The notes under the pieces were generated by a model. That model did no database searches. It worked only from the letters and a program-made list of their open reading frames with translations, and was not told the DNA's origin. Below, in pieces: positions 61,345 to 64,000 of a stretch of DNA of 64,000 nucleotides. The stretch is from Candidatus Nomurabacteria bacterium (GTDB lineage Bacteria; Patescibacteriota; Patescibacteriia; HK-STAS-PATE-3), in the NCBI GenBank assembly GCA_023898465.1, contig CP060223.1:192001-256000 (forward strand), given 5' to 3'. Numbering within the stretch: the first letter of the stretch is position 1; each line of letters starts with the position of its first letter. Made by a program: the position numbers and the translations under genes.

Positions 61345-61608
61345 ATGAACGAAGCATCATCAAAAAAAGTGCAGCAACGAACCCTGGAAGGTACTGTCGT
61401 ATCAACCAGCATGGATAAAACGCTTGTGGTTCGAGTAGAGCGCACAAAGCTCCATCCTAAATACGACAAGCGCTATATCACCACAAAGAAATTCTTGGTG
61501 CATGATCCAAAAAATAGCCATAAAGTCGGTGATAAAGTGCGCTTTGTTGCTTCACGTCCGATTTCCAAGCGGAAGCGATGGCTGGTTGTTGAGGAGAAAA
61601 GCTCATGA
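61345..61608 (+). CDS. rpsQ: 30S ribosomal protein S17
   Basis: 87 aa; …[22 protein letters not shown]…HPKYDKRY…. Confidence 0.9.
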   Translation: MNEASSKKVQQRTLEGTVVSTSMDKTLVVRVERTKLHPKYDKRYITTKKFLVHDPKNSHKVGDKVRFVASRPISKRKRWLVVEEKSS

Positions 61609-61976
61609 TTCAACCTCGCACACTTCTCGTATTAGCTGATAACTCCGGCGCCCGCCGACTCCGCTGCATTAAAGTGCTTGGTGGTTACAAGAAGCGTTAT
61701 GCTCGCTTAGGCGATATCATCACTGCTTCAGTCATTGAAGCAACTCCGCACTCAGCAGTGAAGAAGGGTGAAGTCGTCCACGCGGTTATCGTACGCACTC
61801 GTAAAGAAACATTGCGCAAGGACGGATCCACTATTCGATTTGACGATAATGCCGCGGTATTAGTTGATCAAAAGAGTAAAGAACCTCGTGCCACTCGTAT
61901 TTTCGGACCAATTGGCCGTGAAATTAAGCAGCTGGGATTTGCAAAGATCGCATCTCTCGCTCCTGAAGTTTTGTAA
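61605..61976 (+). CDS. rplN: 50S ribosomal protein L14
   Basis: 123 aa; [17 protein letters not shown]…. Confidence 0.95.
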   Translation: MIQPRTLLVLADNSGARRLRCIKVLGGYKKRYARLGDIITASVIEATPHSAVKKGEVVHAVIVRTRKETLRKDGSTIRFDDNAAVLVDQKSKEPRATRIFGPIGREIKQLGFAKIASLAPEVL

Positions 61977-61981
61977 AACGT

Positions 61982-62290
61982 ATGTATATCAAGAAAGGCG
62001 ACAACGTGCAGATGACCACCGGTAAAGACCGGGGAAAAAAGGGTAAAGTCACCCAAGTTTTTCCTAGTGACCAGCGGGTTGTGGTGGAAGGCTTGAATAA
62101 GATGAGTAAGAATGTCCGTGCACGAAACGCAAATGAAAAAGGCCAAGTCGTTGCCTTTGACGCGCCAGTACATATTTCTAATGTTATGTTGCTTTGCCCA
62201 AAGTGTGGTAAGACCACTCGGGTAGCCTATCATGTGGCTGATGACAAAAAGTCTCGCCAGTGCCGTAAATGTAAAGAAGCTTTTGCTTAA
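61982..62290 (+). CDS. rplX: 50S ribosomal protein L24 with C-terminal Cys4 zinc-ribbon extension
   Basis: 102 aa; KOW motif (…KKGDNVQMTTGKDRGKKGKVTQ…) plus CPKCGKTT…CRKCKEAF. Confidence 0.9.
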   Translation: MYIKKGDNVQMTTGKDRGKKGKVTQVFPSDQRVVVEGLNKMSKNVRARNANEKGQVVAFDAPVHISNVMLLCPKCGKTTRVAYHVADDKKSRQCRKCKEAFA

Positions 62291-62296
62291 ATCTCT

Positions 62297-62842
62297 ATGA
62301 CTCGGATTCGTGAACGATATGTAAAGGAAGTTGTTCCAGAGCTCAAAAAAGAGTTTGGATACACCAATGACCTTTCAGTGCCTCGATTGGAAAAAATCGT
62401 GGTAAACGTGGGCGTTGGTCGATCGCTCAAGGATCCGAAGCATATCGAGTTTGTCACGAAGGCACTTGAGCGGATCACTGGTCAGAAGCCATCTCCACGC
62501 AAGGCTCGTCTCTCCATTTCTGGATTCAAGATTCGCAAAGGCATGGTGGTTGGTCTGACTGTTACACTGCGCGGCACACGTATGGATGAATTCTTTGACC
62601 GCTTAGTAAATATCAGCCTGCCACGTGTACGTGACTTCCAAGGCTTAGACGAAAAATCTTTTGGTCAATCTGGCAATTATTCACTTGGATTAAAAGAGCA
62701 CACTGTTTTCCCAGAAACGCAATCAGATGACATTGATCAAACCTTTGGACTCGAAATTACTATTGTAACGACCGCCAAGAATGCGGCCGAAGGGAAAGCA
62801 CTCTTAACTCACTTGGGTTTCCCATTCAAGAAAGACGAGTAG
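62297..62842 (+). CDS. rplE: 50S ribosomal protein L5
   Basis: 181 aa; typical L5 sequence. Confidence 0.95.
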   Translation: MTRIRERYVKEVVPELKKEFGYTNDLSVPRLEKIVVNVGVGRSLKDPKHIEFVTKALERITGQKPSPRKARLSISGFKIRKGMVVGLTVTLRGTRMDEFFDRLVNISLPRVRDFQGLDEKSFGQSGNYSLGLKEHTVFPETQSDDIDQTFGLEITIVTTAKNAAEGKALLTHLGFPFKKDE

Positions 62843-62843
62843 T

Positions 62844-63038
62844 ATGGCTAAAGAATCTCAAATCGCAAAGAGTCGTAAGAACAGCAAAAAGGCGAAGTAT
62901 TCAACCCGAATTGTTCGCCGATGCTGGCGCTGTGGTCGCAAACGCGGATACATGCGTAAGTTTGATCTCTGTCGTATTTGTTTCCGTGAGTTAGCCACCC
63001 GAGGTGAGATTCCGGGTGTGAAAAAGTCTTCCTGGTAA
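62844..63038 (+). CDS. rpsN: 30S ribosomal protein S14 type Z (zinc-binding)
   Basis: 64 aa (61 is the usual Z-type length); [23 protein letters not shown] Cys4 motif. Confidence 0.9.
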   Translation: MAKESQIAKSRKNSKKAKYSTRIVRRCWRCGRKRGYMRKFDLCRICFRELATRGEIPGVKKSSW

Positions 63039-63049
63039 TACCATTTCCT

Positions 63050-63442
63050 ATGAGCATGTCTGACCCAATTTCCGACTTCCTTACTCGACTGCGCAATGCC
63101 GTTTTGGCAGGCCAGTGGCAGCTTGAATCACCATATTCAAAGTTGAAGCTTGCGATACTCGATATCCTCAAGCAGGAAGGTTATGTGGAATCATATAGCA
63201 CCGATGAAGGTCGTGGCGTGGTGACTATCATGCTGCAAAAGGCTGAGAACGGTCATCCAGTACTTCGTTCAATTCGTCGGGTCAGTCGACCTGGACACCG
63301 TATCTATGTGAAGCGTCAAAGTTTGCCACGCGTGGTCAATGATTATGGTATCGCAATTGTCTCTACTTCACAGGGAGTGATGACAAATCGAGAAGCGCGT
63401 AAGCGTTCCCTAGGCGGCGAAGTTATTTGTGAGGTTTCCTAA
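63050..63442 (+). CDS. rpsH: 30S ribosomal protein S8
   Basis: 130 aa; …DPISDFLTRLRNA…. Confidence 0.95.
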   Translation: MSMSDPISDFLTRLRNAVLAGQWQLESPYSKLKLAILDILKQEGYVESYSTDEGRGVVTIMLQKAENGHPVLRSIRRVSRPGHRIYVKRQSLPRVVNDYGIAIVSTSQGVMTNREARKRSLGGEVICEVS

Positions 63443-63450
63443 TATTTCCT

Positions 63451-63996
63451 ATGTCACGTATTGGTAAATTACCCATTGCAATCCCTGACGGCGTAACCGT
63501 AACACTCACTCCTGAGCTGATCACGGTGAAGGGTCCGAAAGGTGAATTACAGCAAGCCCTGCTTGCCAAGGTGCAGGTTACCCAAGAAAACGGTGCAGTG
63601 CAGGTTTCAGTGAAAGATCCTAATGAAAAGCAGCAACGTTCACTTTGGGGCTTATATCAGCGTCTAATTTCCAATATGATTATTGGAGTGACCAAGGGCT
63701 TTACGAAGCAATTGGAAATCAACGGTGTGGGATATCAAGCTGTCATGAAGGGTAAGAATTTGGTGCTGTCAGTTGGATTTTCTCACCCGGTAGAATTTCC
63801 TATTCCAGATGATTTAATTGCCACTGCCGAAAAGAACCAAATTACTATTAGCGGATCTGATAAACAGCGAGTGGGCGAGATAGCCGCGCAGATTCGTCGC
63901 ATCCGTAAGCCAGAACCATATAAAGGTAAGGGTATTAAATACTCTGATGAAATTATCCGCCGTAAGGCCGGTAAACAAGCCAAGGCTGGCGCATAA
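63451..63996 (+). CDS. rplF: 50S ribosomal protein L6
   Basis: 181 aa; MSRIGKLPIAIPDGV…; two L6 alpha/beta repeats. Confidence 0.95.
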   Translation: MSRIGKLPIAIPDGVTVTLTPELITVKGPKGELQQALLAKVQVTQENGAVQVSVKDPNEKQQRSLWGLYQRLISNMIIGVTKGFTKQLEINGVGYQAVMKGKNLVLSVGFSHPVEFPIPDDLIATAEKNQITISGSDKQRVGEIAAQIRRIRKPEPYKGKGIKYSDEIIRRKAGKQAKAGA

Positions 63997-64000
63997 GGTA

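Overview
This is a ~64 kb chromosomal window from a bacterium of roughly 45-50% GC (estimated by eye, not counted). Genes are compact, often overlapping at stop/start, and most use canonical TTGACA-17-TATAAT-like promoters.

Gene content, left to right:
- A minus-strand housekeeping block: a partial lipoprotein-like gene, greA, a BsuPI-like hypothetical, tRNA-Ser(GCU), comFC, clpC, two paralogous membrane proteins, htpX, lemA and a membrane-anchored hypothetical.
- A ~13.9 kb plus-strand operon of seven paralogous, signal-peptide-bearing, cysteine-rich surface proteins (8853-22756). They are built from shuffled modules: PQQ-like and BNR-like beta-propellers, FN3 domains, a CGDG-type Cys knot, and two distinct conserved C-terminal domains.
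- A complete monoderm-style type IV pilus / competence-pilus locus (22839-38034). It contains pilM, pilN-like, pilO-like, pilB, a standalone REC protein, a catalytically degenerate pilT-like gene, pilC, a tandem cassette of three near-identical-N-terminus pilins (the first, promoter-proximal copy is a multiply disrupted pseudogene), another pilin, a pseudopilin, pilD, and four minor pilins (FimT/GspH-, PilV-, PilW- and PilX-like). There is no secretin.
- A metallophosphoesterase, ligA, gatC, gatA, a second REC paralog, ndk, an AT-rich hypothetical, tRNA-Pro(GGG), a PAP2-like protein and a Zn-phospholipase-C-like protein.
- A ~1.8 kb sharply GC-rich islet (~46.1-47.9 kb). A perfect sigma70 promoter and a palindrome-rich leader drive a secreted/TM protein with a Pro/Thr/Ala linker and then a small ORF. 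This looks like foreign (high-GC donor) DNA.
- A site-2 protease, then the str operon (rpsL-rpsG-fusA-[inserted PD40 beta-propeller gene]-tuf), then the S10/spc ribosomal operons. These carry an inserted MazG-like pyrophosphohydrolase between rplC and rplD and several ribosomal proteins with lineage-specific extensions.

No CRISPR array, integrase, transposase or IS element is visible. The architecture (monoderm T4P, comFC, compact genome) is consistent with a small-genome lineage such as Patescibacteria/CPR, but that is inference only.
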